DNA from: Minisyncoccota bacterium
GTDB taxonomy: Bacteria; Patescibacteriota; Minisyncoccia; Phycocordibacterales; CAJQIN01
Length of the DNA: 64,000 nt
Assembly: GCA_905478465.1 (NCBI GenBank)
Contig: CAJQIN010000012.1
Location: 32,890 to 96,889 of the forward strand
Reading direction: 5' to 3'
This document shows positions 1 through 8,588 of this stretch, in pieces (positions within the stretch are counted from its first letter, which is position 1; each line of letters begins with the position of its first letter). Position numbers and translations under genes: made by a program. The notes below the pieces were generated by a model. The model searched no databases. It was not told where the DNA came from and worked only from the letters and a program-made list of their open reading frames with translations.

Positions 1-123
1 TTTTTCATTTTCACATTGCTTGAGTTTTTCTTTTAGTTTTTTAATAGGTGCTTGAAGTGCTTCTTCAGAACCGTCTTCAAAAATAATATCTGTGTCTTCT
101 TCGTGAGATTCTTTTTTTATCAT
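1..123 (-). CDS. Partial CDS (N-terminus only) that runs off the window start. The N-terminus MIKKESHEEDTDIIFEDGSEEALQAPIKKLKEKLKQCENEK looks like a GrpE nucleotide-exchange factor.
   Basis: My own translation of the reverse complement of bases 1-123. The ATG is at 121-123 on the minus strand. The acidic N-terminus followed by a lysine-rich coiled-coil start is typical of GrpE. Only about 40 aa are visible. Confidence 0.4.
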   Translation of the reverse strand, partial: MIKKESHEEDTDIIFEDGSEEALQAPIKKLKEKLKQCENEK

Positions 124-170
124 AGAGTATAAAAAATACTAAAATTCTAGCGTTGTAATATGTACACAAT

Positions 171-187
171 AAATGCAAAATATTTGC
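171..187. promoter_or_regulatory. 17-bp near-palindromic motif AAATGCAAAATATTTGC, upstream of the grpE-like gene. It is identical as a reverse complement to the motif in the fur/ZIP intergenic region.
   Basis: Read directly from the sequence. Its reverse complement, GCAAATATTTTGCATTT, occurs at 57555-57571. Confidence 0.35.
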
Positions 188-201
188 ACACGATAAGGAG
201 A

Positions 202-615
202 TTATCGCTTAGACCACTGTGGTGCTTTTCGAGCTTTCTTCAGACCGAACTTTCGTCGCTCTTTTGTTCTCTGGTCACGCTTAAGAAAACCAGCTTTTTT
301 AAGTTTACCTCTTAATTCAAGATCAAAAGCAACAAGTGCACGTGAGATACCGTGTCTAAGAGCTTCTGCTTGTGAGTGAGAACCTCCTCCTGATAAGTGT
401 GCTGTAACATCAAATAGTTCCTTTACCTCAGAAACAGAAAAAGCTTCTCTAGCTACTTTTGCAAGCTCAGGTGTTGGAAAATAATCTTCAATTTCACGAT
501 CATTTATTTTGAATGATGTTTTTTTAGCTCCTTTAAAAATACGAACTCGCGCAACCGATGTTTTGCGTCGTCCAACTGCTTCAATATATGTGTGTTCTGC
601 TGTTTTTGTTGCCAT
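202..615 (-). CDS. rpsI: 30S ribosomal protein S9
   Basis: 137-aa ORF. It has the conserved S9 C-terminus (GGGSHSQAEALRHGISRAL ... RDQRTKERRKFGLKKARKAPQWSKR). Confidence 0.93.
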   Translation of the reverse strand: MATKTAEHTYIEAVGRRKTSVARVRIFKGAKKTSFKINDREIEDYFPTPELAKVAREAFSVSEVKELFDVTAHLSGGGSHSQAEALRHGISRALVAFDLELRGKLKKAGFLKRDQRTKERRKFGLKKARKAPQWSKR

Positions 616-620
616 AATAA

Positions 621-968
621 TTATTCAGAAATAATAAGATTTTTCATCATACGAGCTCGTAGTCGATTAGTGGGAAGCATACCATAAACTGCTTTTCGTA
701 GTACTTCAGAGTATCCTTTTCGTGAAATCACTTGCTCCATTCGAGGTTGCTTCAAGCCACCTGGGTATCCTGAGTATTGTGAATATTTTTTCTGTACAAG
801 TTTCTTCTCGCTAATAGATGCTTTTGAAGCATTAGTAACTTCCACTTTCACATCGGGATATACATTAGGTTGATATTCTGGTAAATTTTTACCCATCAAA
901 ACAACCGCAATCTCCGTTGCTAGTCTTCCAATCTTTTTATCTGTTGCATCAAAGCTGTATGTTTTCAT
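621..968 (-). CDS. rplM: 50S ribosomal protein L13
   Basis: 115-aa ORF. L13-like sequence, and it sits immediately upstream of rpsI as in the conserved rplM-rpsI operon. Confidence 0.9.
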   Translation of the reverse strand: MKTYSFDATDKKIGRLATEIAVVLMGKNLPEYQPNVYPDVKVEVTNASKASISEKKLVQKKYSQYSGYPGGLKQPRMEQVISRKGYSEVLRKAVYGMLPTNRLRARMMKNLIISE

Positions 969-976
969 AAAAATTT

Positions 977-1324
977 CTATACAAATTCTATCTGTGCCAT
1001 TTTAGCGGCATCACTACGCTTAATATCAAGCTTGGTAATTCGAGTATATCCACCACTTCGACTCTTGTATTTAGGTGCAATATCTTCAACAAGTTTTTTT
1101 GTTGCAACTAAGCCAATACGTGAAGTAAGTATGCGACGTGCAGCAAGTGTATCTGCTTTTGCACGTGTTACAAGTTTTTCAATAACAGGCCGCATCTCTT
1201 TTGCCTTAGCTTCTGTTGTTTGAATCTTTTCGTGACTAATAAGTGACGATACGAGTGATTTCATAAGCGCTGTTCGTTGGTTTCTAACTCTGCCAAATTT
1301 TCTGTTTTTTTTGCTGTGGTTCAT
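977..1324 (-). CDS. rplQ: 50S ribosomal protein L17
   Basis: 115-aa ORF. L17 motifs are present (GRVRNQRTALMKSL, GGYTRI) and it follows rpoA as in the alpha operon. Confidence 0.9.
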   Translation of the reverse strand: MNHSKKNRKFGRVRNQRTALMKSLVSSLISHEKIQTTEAKAKEMRPVIEKLVTRAKADTLAARRILTSRIGLVATKKLVEDIAPKYKSRSGGYTRITKLDIKRSDAAKMAQIEFV

Positions 1325-1369
1325 AAAGGTGAAATGAAATACTACCTAATTTACTCTCTAAAGGCAAGC

Positions 1370-2329
1370 CTATTTTAGACTTACTTTTAACTCACTTAAT
1401 GCGGCCTTAATTTCTGTAATGCCCTTCTCACCTAGACCATCGATCTCTAGTAGATCATCTTCCTTTTTTCGGATAAGTCCTCCTATTGTACGAATATTGG
1501 CGTTTGTAAGAGCATTCTCTGTACGAGCTGATAGTTCTAGTGACTCAATACGAGTCTTGAGTATTTCTTGATCATCTTTAGAAAGTTCTTCACCCTCACT
1601 TGTTGGGATATCTGTGATAACTACCTCTGGCTCTTCTTCTTTAAAGCCGATAATAGCTTTAAGTTGACTGATCATTATCTCAATAGATTTTTCAAGTGCT
1701 TCTTTAGGAGCAACTGTTCCATTTGTTTCAATTCGAATTCGTAGACGGTTGAAATCTGTTCGATCTCCTACACGCATATTTTCAACCTCATAGTTTACAC
1801 GTTGAATAGGTGTGAATATGGCGTCCATAGCAATAGTCCCTATATCTACTTTTTCTTTCTGTAGAACATCTCTTTGTACAAAACCAATACCTTGCTGCAC
1901 TGTGATTTCCATATCAAGTTCCGCATTCTTATTTGTAAGGGTCGCAATAACCATATCATCATTCAAAATCTTCACTTGACCAGGAAGAGCTATGTCTTTT
2001 GCTGTAATGATTTGCTCTCCTTTTACTTTTAGAGTAAGTATTTGTGCTTCTGAGGTAAGCATTTGGATACTTAGTCTTTTAAGATTAAGTAAGATTGTGA
2101 TTACATCTTCTTTGATACCCTCGATAGTTGAAAACTCGTGATTTACACCAGTAATCTTAACAGAAGTAACCGCAGCACCCGGAAGAGACGACAAAATAAT
2201 TCGTCGAAGAGAGTTACCTAATGTGTGGCCGTATCCTGGATACAGACCATCTATTTCAAAAACTGCCTTGGAATCCTCTTCAAAAACAACTTTTGGTTTT
2301 GAAGGAAGTACGATGTCAAACTCGTGCAT
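1370..2329 (-). CDS. rpoA: DNA-directed RNA polymerase subunit alpha
   Basis: 319 aa with an N-terminal dimerisation domain (PGYGHTLGNSLRRIILSSLPGAAVTSVKI). It is positioned between rpsD and rplQ. Confidence 0.93.
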   Translation of the reverse strand: MHEFDIVLPSKPKVVFEEDSKAVFEIDGLYPGYGHTLGNSLRRIILSSLPGAAVTSVKITGVNHEFSTIEGIKEDVITILLNLKRLSIQMLTSEAQILTLKVKGEQIITAKDIALPGQVKILNDDMVIATLTNKNAELDMEITVQQGIGFVQRDVLQKEKVDIGTIAMDAIFTPIQRVNYEVENMRVGDRTDFNRLRIRIETNGTVAPKEALEKSIEIMISQLKAIIGFKEEEPEVVITDIPTSEGEELSKDDQEILKTRIESLELSARTENALTNANIRTIGGLIRKKEDDLLEIDGLGEKGITEIKAALSELKVSLK

Positions 2330-2395
2330 ACAAATGAATGGATTAAAAAATAACTTATAAATTATACTTCAAAATTTGTACAATAGCAACTAATG

Positions 2396-3004
2396 TTACC
2401 TACTGTAAAACTCTAGAACAGCATCTAAATTGAAAAGAAGGTCTTGAGCGGTAAGTTTTGGTGACCCCTGTACGGTAATTTTTCTTTTAGTAATATCCGA
2501 CTTCAGCCATGCTGGTGCTGTGTAGTTTTTCATTTTCTCTTCAATATCAGTAAAAAAACCTTTCTGGACACTTCCTTCTTTTACGGTAAGTTCATCCCCC
2601 TCCTTTACTTTATGGGAAGGAACATCGATCTTTTTTCCTGCGGAAAGAATATGTCCATGAGATACCATCTGACGTGCTGCTCGACGCGTAGGAGCGAATC
2701 CAGCACGGTACACAACGTTATCAAGGCGTGTTTCAAGTTTTGCAAACAAGACTTCTGTTTTCTCTGTATTTTTATCTTTCATTGTTTCCTCAACATAATT
2801 TGAGAATTGTCTTTCTGAAATACCATAAGTAAAACGAGCCTTCTGCTTTTCATTCATCTGATTTGCAAAATCTGTTTTAGCTCGTTGAAATTTACGAGTT
2901 TTACTTCTTCGTGCTTCAGAAGCTGCAAATTTTTGAGTTTGAGTTTTCTCAAAAATTGGTGCCCCTAGGCGTCGTGCTAATTTATATAATGGTCTTGCTT
3001 TCAT
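2396..3004 (-). CDS. rpsD: 30S ribosomal protein S4
   Basis: 202 aa. S4 N-terminus (ARPLYKLARRLG) and an S4 RNA-binding domain. Confidence 0.92.
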   Translation of the reverse strand: MKARPLYKLARRLGAPIFEKTQTQKFAASEARRSKTRKFQRAKTDFANQMNEKQKARFTYGISERQFSNYVEETMKDKNTEKTEVLFAKLETRLDNVVYRAGFAPTRRAARQMVSHGHILSAGKKIDVPSHKVKEGDELTVKEGSVQKGFFTDIEEKMKNYTAPAWLKSDITKRKITVQGSPKLTAQDLLFNLDAVLEFYSR

Positions 3005-3029
3005 TTCTAATTTTAAATTATAGTACCTA

Positions 3030-3461
3030 TTAGACTCTTCGTGGTTTTTTTGCTCGAGGACCGTTGTGCGGTACCGGTGTCACATCTTTAATATTTAAAA
3101 TATTAATTCCTTTTGATGTAAAGCCTCGAATGGCTGACTCTCTTCCAGAACCAACACCACTTACCACCACTTTTACATCCTTAACACCAAAAGCAGCAGC
3201 TCTTTCACCAACGGTTTCTCCGACCTTTGCAGCGGCAAAAGGTGTACCCTTTTTAGCCCCTTTAAATCCAAGAGAACCACTAGATGACCAAGCTAAAGTA
3301 CCTCCTGCAGTATCAGTAAATACGGCTTTGGTATTATTGTATGTGGCATGTACAAAAAATATACCGAGCGCATGCTTCTTTTTTCCAACTTTTGACGTCT
3401 TCTGCGCACGACTATTGTCGAACTCTCCTCCTGATTTTGTTGCAATTCTTTTCTTACCCAT
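3030..3461 (-). CDS. rpsK: 30S ribosomal protein S11
   Basis: 143 aa. S11 signature (HATYNNTKAVFTDTAGGTLAWSSSG ... RGFTSKGINI). Confidence 0.92.
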   Translation of the reverse strand: MGKKRIATKSGGEFDNSRAQKTSKVGKKKHALGIFFVHATYNNTKAVFTDTAGGTLAWSSSGSLGFKGAKKGTPFAAAKVGETVGERAAAFGVKDVKVVVSGVGSGRESAIRGFTSKGINILNIKDVTPVPHNGPRAKKPRRV

Positions 3462-3481
3462 AATATTACATTAATATAAAA

Positions 3482-3862
3482 CTATTTTTTATCAACTGCT
3501 CTACGTCCTGTACCCATGGTCTTTCGTGTGTTTCCGCGTCGAGTACGTGAATTTGTTTTTGTTCGCTGTCCTCGCGAAGGAAGACCTACAGAATGTCTCT
3601 TTCCTCGGTACGTCTGAATGTCTCTTAATCTCTTTATGTTACCTGAAACTTCTCGTTTTAAGTCACCCTCTATAACAAGTTTCTCTACTTCTTTTCGGAT
3701 AAGGGCCTCTTCTTCAGTAGTAAGTTCCTTTGCCTTTCTTCCTGAATCAATTTTAACTGATTTCAAAATCTCAAGAGCCAAAGGTCGTCCTACACCATAA
3801 ATAGCAGTGAGGCTGATCTCTAATCTTTTTTCATCTGGAATTGTAATACCTTCTATACGCAT
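3482..3862 (-). CDS. rpsM: 30S ribosomal protein S13
   Basis: 126 aa. S13 N-terminus (MRIEGITIPDEKRLEISLTAIYGVG) and a basic C-terminus. Confidence 0.92.
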   Translation of the reverse strand: MRIEGITIPDEKRLEISLTAIYGVGRPLALEILKSVKIDSGRKAKELTTEEEALIRKEVEKLVIEGDLKREVSGNIKRLRDIQTYRGKRHSVGLPSRGQRTKTNSRTRRGNTRKTMGTGRRAVDKK

Positions 3863-3881
3863 AAAATAATATGTTTAAAAA

Positions 3882-3998
3882 CTACCCTTGTCGGGCTTTT
3901 CTTCGTGGATTTTTTTTGTTAATCCGATACAGCTTACCTTTTCTTTTAACAAGCTTGTCGTTTGGATCAGATTTTTTAATTGAAGATTTAACTTTCAT
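3882..3998 (-). CDS. rpmJ: 50S ribosomal protein L36, cysteine-less (non-zinc) form. This ORF is not in the supplied ORF track.
   Basis: My own translation of the minus strand gives [38 protein letters not shown] (38 aa). It has the L36 framework (MKV..S.KK ... VKR.G ... RQG), but the four Zn ligands are replaced by D, D, N and R. It lies between infA and rpsM, the canonical rpmJ position. Confidence 0.8.
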   Translation of the reverse strand: MKVKSSIKKSDPNDKLVKRKGKLYRINKKNPRRKARQG

Positions 3999-4012
3999 GT
4001 ATTATGTAAAAA

Positions 4013-4234
4013 CTACAAACGTCTTGAAATTCTACCTTTTCCCCCGTAAGGGTCAAGATCTAATCGCACCTTATCTCCAATAAGAACTCGAATTCGATTC
4101 ATTCGCATCTTACCAGAAAGATATGCTATTTGCTCCTCCTCCACCCCTTCGAGCTTGATACGAAACATTGCGTTTGGCAAAGCTTCAGTTACAACTCCTT
4201 CAGTACTATTATCTTGTGGTTTATTTTCTTCCAT
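4013..4234 (-). CDS. infA: Translation initiation factor IF-1
   Basis: 73 aa with an S1-like fold ([61 protein letters not shown]). Confidence 0.93.
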   Translation of the reverse strand: MEENKPQDNSTEGVVTEALPNAMFRIKLEGVEEEQIAYLSGKMRMNRIRVLIGDKVRLDLDPYGGKGRISRRL

Positions 4235-4272
4235 TGTTGGGCAATGAAAGATATGTTAACAAACCTATCATA

Positions 4273-5553
4273 TTAGTCAAGGACTTTTTCTACTGAAATC
4301 TCATCTTTCTCGTACGGAAAGGTTCGACTCCAAAATGGATAGATGGTAGCTGTCGCTTTCTCAATACCTTCGTATATACTCAACATTTTTGATAGGTTAT
4401 TTTTAGGCTGTCCAAGCAGATTATCTACCACAGCATTTGTATCAAAACTCCACACCAAATGAGCATCGCCCACAACACGCACAGACAGATCAGTATCATC
4501 TACGGTAAGATCAGTATCTTCGGGAAGATATATATCCAAGTCTGAAATATTTGTTATCTCTACAGGCACAGTATTATTAAGAGATGCTTGTTTGGCCACA
4601 AAACTTTCTAATTGAACCCTGTCTATAACAATAGCCGTAAGTGTGCCGCTTTGTGTAAAAAGTACTTCAGATTCTGTCACATCTTCTTGTTGCATTGAAT
4701 CAAACAAAAATGTAGTTCCATTTTGTGGAATAACTTTTTCAGTACCTAGACGAGCCTGAAGATCGGTAAGAAGTTTCTCTTGAAGCTTACCGCGTAAGGA
4801 GCTAGAAATTGTATCCTTGTCCTCAGGAGAAACGTATTTTTGCAACCCTTTAACACCACCACTCATGTTAGTTTTTGATCTTGCAAAAAAAGTCTCGTAT
4901 CTAGCGTCACCCTCAAATCCTGGAATAGTAAAGTCAGTAAGTCCCATATTATATTTTTCACCAGCTTCATCTGCGACAACGATTACTTCTATTTGTCCAG
5001 GAACAATTTCGCCATTTATTTCTTTCTGTCCAGGGACAATAATCTCTTCTTGTATACGGTAAATAAGTCCTTCTGGAGATTCAAAACGAGTCTGAGTAAT
5101 CAAGGTTTGAGGAGAAGAACTGTGAGTATTATAGACAATAATTGTTCCAGTAGATTTCTCTTCAACATACTGTTCCGTACTAGCCTCTGTAGTATATGTC
5201 ACACTATCACTCACGTGCGCGCTTGTATACGAAGATGATGTGGCTGTACCGGTTTTGATAATAAATGAATTATCAAGTGTCACACTTTGTTGCTTCGGCG
5301 TAATAACAATAGTCGCACCTTTGAAAAAAGATGAGATAGCAAAACCAAGAACTATTATTGATATAGCTGCAATACTCCACAAAGTTACTTTTGAAAAATC
5401 TCTAGGACGATACTCTGAAGGATTTGTTTCTGTTTTAGCACTTCTCTTTCGTATATTTTTCTTCAATACTGCGGTGTGATTACTAGGCATAGGAATATCT
5501 CGAATTGATCGACGAACAGAATCTTTCATACCATCTATACTATTTTTTTTCAT
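4273..5553 (-). CDS. Hypothetical membrane-anchored protein. It has a basic cytoplasmic N-terminus, a single transmembrane helix and an extracytoplasmic domain of about 350 aa.
   Basis: 426-aa ORF. Hydrophobic segment WSIAAISIIVLGFAISSFF. I recognise no family. Confidence 0.5.
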   Translation of the reverse strand: MKKNSIDGMKDSVRRSIRDIPMPSNHTAVLKKNIRKRSAKTETNPSEYRPRDFSKVTLWSIAAISIIVLGFAISSFFKGATIVITPKQQSVTLDNSFIIKTGTATSSSYTSAHVSDSVTYTTEASTEQYVEEKSTGTIIVYNTHSSSPQTLITQTRFESPEGLIYRIQEEIIVPGQKEINGEIVPGQIEVIVVADEAGEKYNMGLTDFTIPGFEGDARYETFFARSKTNMSGGVKGLQKYVSPEDKDTISSSLRGKLQEKLLTDLQARLGTEKVIPQNGTTFLFDSMQQEDVTESEVLFTQSGTLTAIVIDRVQLESFVAKQASLNNTVPVEITNISDLDIYLPEDTDLTVDDTDLSVRVVGDAHLVWSFDTNAVVDNLLGQPKNNLSKMLSIYEGIEKATATIYPFWSRTFPYEKDEISVEKVLD

Positions 5554-5572
5554 ACAAGTTTATTATAAAGTT

Positions 5573-6718
5573 TTAAGATTTTAATTGAAAATTATTATTA
5601 ACAAAACTAACACTAATTGCAACAAAAGGATCCCCGGTAACTCCTTTGCGAAAAGATACCACGTCCTCAAAATGACCCGCTTCTAACATAATTATCTTAC
5701 AACCTAATTCAGAAAGTTTTTTCATAAAAATATTAACAACACCAACATCTCCTGTGACAAAAATTGTTTTCTCCTGAGAAATGTATGGGGTAATTTTTTC
5801 TTGCCATGTTTCAAGAATAGGCGTAATCTTTTTTTCAATCTTATCTATACGACCCTTGTCTAGAGTCCCTGCAGCATACATTTGCAACATTGATAATTCC
5901 GCAGCATAAAACTCACCCTCCTTATCGGTTAATGCTCTAATAAGAGTATTCCGCCCATAAGGAATAGTAGCGGTTTGAGTAATAACATCATTTGTTATTA
6001 CAGAAATATCTGTAATCTCTCCCGAGATATCAATAATACAAGAATTTGAATCAGCTGGAAAAATATTAGTTATGGTTCTATAAGCTGCTAAAGAGAATGA
6101 ATGATGCACTATTTTTTTCGGTTGAACATGTTTATGCACAAGATTTTCAATTTTTTGAGACATATCTTGAGGGATAACACTAATGAATGTTGATATTTCC
6201 ACATCTCTAGCCTTTTTATTCTGTGGTTTTGTTGTTACATAACCATTTAACAATGTTTGTGTTATTTTTTGTTCAATTAAAATTACCTTTTCCTTTATTT
6301 CTAACTTATTCTCAAAATCTTCACGTTCTTTTGTAAGCAAGTTATATAAATAATGTTCAGTTAACAAGATAGGGGTTTTTTCATGCAAAGAAATGGTGTG
6401 TGCTTCCGAAGCGAACCATGGAGATGAGTACACACAAGTTACTTGGTGAATACTCTTGTTTTGCATACGTATAAATTTAGTATGCAAAAGTCCTTTTTTA
6501 ACTATGTCAGAAACAACATTGTCTAAAACTTGAAGCATTGCCGATACATACCTTGATCCTGTGACATCTTCTTGTATAGGTATTGCCAATCTATTACTAT
6601 ACAGAACGCTTGGTACATGCCCTTGTGAAAATAAAACTAAAGATCCGCCAATGCTTGCGCTACCTATGTCTAGAACAATAGAAATTTCTTGCTTTTTTTT
6701 AGATACAAACAAACTCAT
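5573..6718 (-). CDS. Actin-like ATPase fold protein of the FtsA/PilM-like (ASKHA) superfamily. The exact family is uncertain.
   Basis: 381 aa. The N-terminal phosphate-1 motif ISIVLDIGSASIGGSLV is typical of FtsA, PilM and Ppx-GppA type ATPases. Confidence 0.45.
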   Translation of the reverse strand: MSLFVSKKKQEISIVLDIGSASIGGSLVLFSQGHVPSVLYSNRLAIPIQEDVTGSRYVSAMLQVLDNVVSDIVKKGLLHTKFIRMQNKSIHQVTCVYSSPWFASEAHTISLHEKTPILLTEHYLYNLLTKEREDFENKLEIKEKVILIEQKITQTLLNGYVTTKPQNKKARDVEISTFISVIPQDMSQKIENLVHKHVQPKKIVHHSFSLAAYRTITNIFPADSNSCIIDISGEITDISVITNDVITQTATIPYGRNTLIRALTDKEGEFYAAELSMLQMYAAGTLDKGRIDKIEKKITPILETWQEKITPYISQEKTIFVTGDVGVVNIFMKKLSELGCKIIMLEAGHFEDVVSFRKGVTGDPFVAISVSFVNNNFQLKS

Positions 6719-6798
6719 AGAAATAGTATATCAGAGTCGAGTCAGGTTGGGATAATGTTAACCTGTGTGTAAGTTAATAGACACCTATACCACTATAT

Positions 6799-8556
6799 TT
6801 ATTCAAGAATAGCTTTAATTCTTCTAACTCCAGCAGAACTAGATTCTTGTTTTTTTATACGAAACACTCCAAGATCTTTAGTATTTTCAACGTGTGGTCC
6901 CCCACAAAATTCTTGTGAATACACAACCCCATTTTCATCTTCAATAGAGTACACAGAAACTATATCAGCATACTTTGTGCCAAATTCCATCTCAGCGCCT
7001 AGTTTTTCAGCTTCTTCTTTAGGCATTTCTTTTCGAATTACCTTGTGGCCTTCTTTTATTCTATCGTTCACAAATTTTTCAACTTGAGATTTTTCTTCAT
7101 CAGTAAGTTTTCTATCGAATGAGAAATCTAGACGCAAACGTTCGTCAGTAATATTTGACCCTTTTTGCTTTACCTCCTTTCCTAGTACTTGTTGTAATCC
7201 AGCAAGAAGAAGATGATGAGCTGTGTGTAACTTTGTAATCTGCTCACTATTTCCTCCTAATCCACCTTTAAATTTTCCAGCAGATGCTGTTCTGGATTGT
7301 TCTTGATGCTTTTTCAGTTCCCCATCAAAAGACTCCCTATCCACAATGATTCCCTTTTCTGTCGCAATTTCTTCAGTCATTTCAATAGGAAAACCATATG
7401 TAGTAAATAGAATGAATGCATCTGTTCCTGAAATGTGTTTACCTAATTTTTCTAACTGTTTGATACCTAGAGCAATAGTTTTTGAAAATTTTTCAACTTC
7501 TTTTTCAATTTCTGAACAAATAATGACAATTTGTGCCGTGATATCTGGATACTGTTGTGAATAAATGCCAGAAACAGCTCCAGTTAAAGCTGTAATATCT
7601 CCAGTTGTCAGTGTTTTATTTACTGTATGAAAAATCGCCCGACGAAGTAGTCTTCTAAGTACGTAACCCTTATCCGTATTTGAAGGTCTCACACCATCTG
7701 CAATCATAAATGTCGCCGTACGAATATGATCAGAAAGTATTCGTTGTGACCGAACATTATTTGTCAGCGTTTTTGCACAATCCATAACCGGAGCAAAAAG
7801 ATCTGTTTCAAAAATACTATCTTTCTTTTGAAGAACCATAAGAAGTCGCTCAAGTCCCGAACCAGTATCAACATTTCTGTTGGACAGCTTACCCACAATT
7901 TCACCATCTTTTTTGAGATATTCCATAAAGACATCATTCCAAATCTCAACAACTTTTTGAGACTCATCAGCTTTTTCAAATTGTTCTTGAGTAAGGTCGC
8001 CAAGACCCTCTTCGGTAAGATCGTAAAACATTTCTGTACTTGGACCGCTGGGTCCGCTCTCTCCAGCACTCCAGAAATTGTCTTTTCCAAGAAAATATAT
8101 CCTATTTTCTGGTATACCTGTTTTTTTCCAAAAATCTACCGAATCAGTATCTCTTGAAACATTATCATCACCAGCAAACACCGTGACATATAAACGATCT
8201 ATATCAAGACCAAAACCTTCTTCATGTGATGTTAGAAGCTCAAAACTCCACTGTATAGCGTTTTCTTTGAAATAATCACCAATAGACCAGTTCCCTAGCA
8301 TTTCAAAAAAAGTACCATGTGTTTTGTCGCCAATGTCATCAATGTCAGTTGTTCGCACACATTTTTGAACACTAGCAAGCTTACTTCCTTTTGGATGTGA
8401 ACCTTGGAGAATGTAAGGTACCAAAGGCTGTACTCCAGCAGTTGTAAAAAGTGCTGAAGGGTCATTTTCAGGTACGAGAGAAGCTGACGGGAGCACTGCG
8501 TGTTCTCGTTTAGCAAAAAAATCTAAAAATCGTTCTCGTACATCCTGTGAATTCAT
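6799..8556 (-). CDS. alaS: Alanyl-tRNA synthetase, short form that lacks the C-terminal C-Ala domain
   Basis: 585 aa. Class II AlaRS N-terminus (FLDFFAKREHAVLPSASLVPENDPSALFTTAGVQ ... QKCVRTTDIDDIGDKTHGTFFEMLGNWSIGDYFK) and an editing-domain HxxxH region (HTAHHLLLAGLQ). Confidence 0.85.
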   Translation of the reverse strand: MNSQDVRERFLDFFAKREHAVLPSASLVPENDPSALFTTAGVQPLVPYILQGSHPKGSKLASVQKCVRTTDIDDIGDKTHGTFFEMLGNWSIGDYFKENAIQWSFELLTSHEEGFGLDIDRLYVTVFAGDDNVSRDTDSVDFWKKTGIPENRIYFLGKDNFWSAGESGPSGPSTEMFYDLTEEGLGDLTQEQFEKADESQKVVEIWNDVFMEYLKKDGEIVGKLSNRNVDTGSGLERLLMVLQKKDSIFETDLFAPVMDCAKTLTNNVRSQRILSDHIRTATFMIADGVRPSNTDKGYVLRRLLRRAIFHTVNKTLTTGDITALTGAVSGIYSQQYPDITAQIVIICSEIEKEVEKFSKTIALGIKQLEKLGKHISGTDAFILFTTYGFPIEMTEEIATEKGIIVDRESFDGELKKHQEQSRTASAGKFKGGLGGNSEQITKLHTAHHLLLAGLQQVLGKEVKQKGSNITDERLRLDFSFDRKLTDEEKSQVEKFVNDRIKEGHKVIRKEMPKEEAEKLGAEMEFGTKYADIVSVYSIEDENGVVYSQEFCGGPHVENTKDLGVFRIKKQESSSAGVRRIKAILE

Positions 8557-8588
8557 ATACTATAACTTACGCTATCTTAGCCACTCTT

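Noticed and set aside
191-207. A 6-bp-stem palindrome CGATAA-GGAGA-TTATCG overlapping the rpsI stop codon
   Set aside because: The stem is short and no U-tract follows. It is probably insignificant.
1032-3474. Plus-strand ORFs 1032-1223, 2612-2803 and 3064-3474, which overlap ribosomal protein genes
   Set aside because: They are antisense to highly conserved rplQ, rpsD and rpsK genes. These are typical spurious ORFs.
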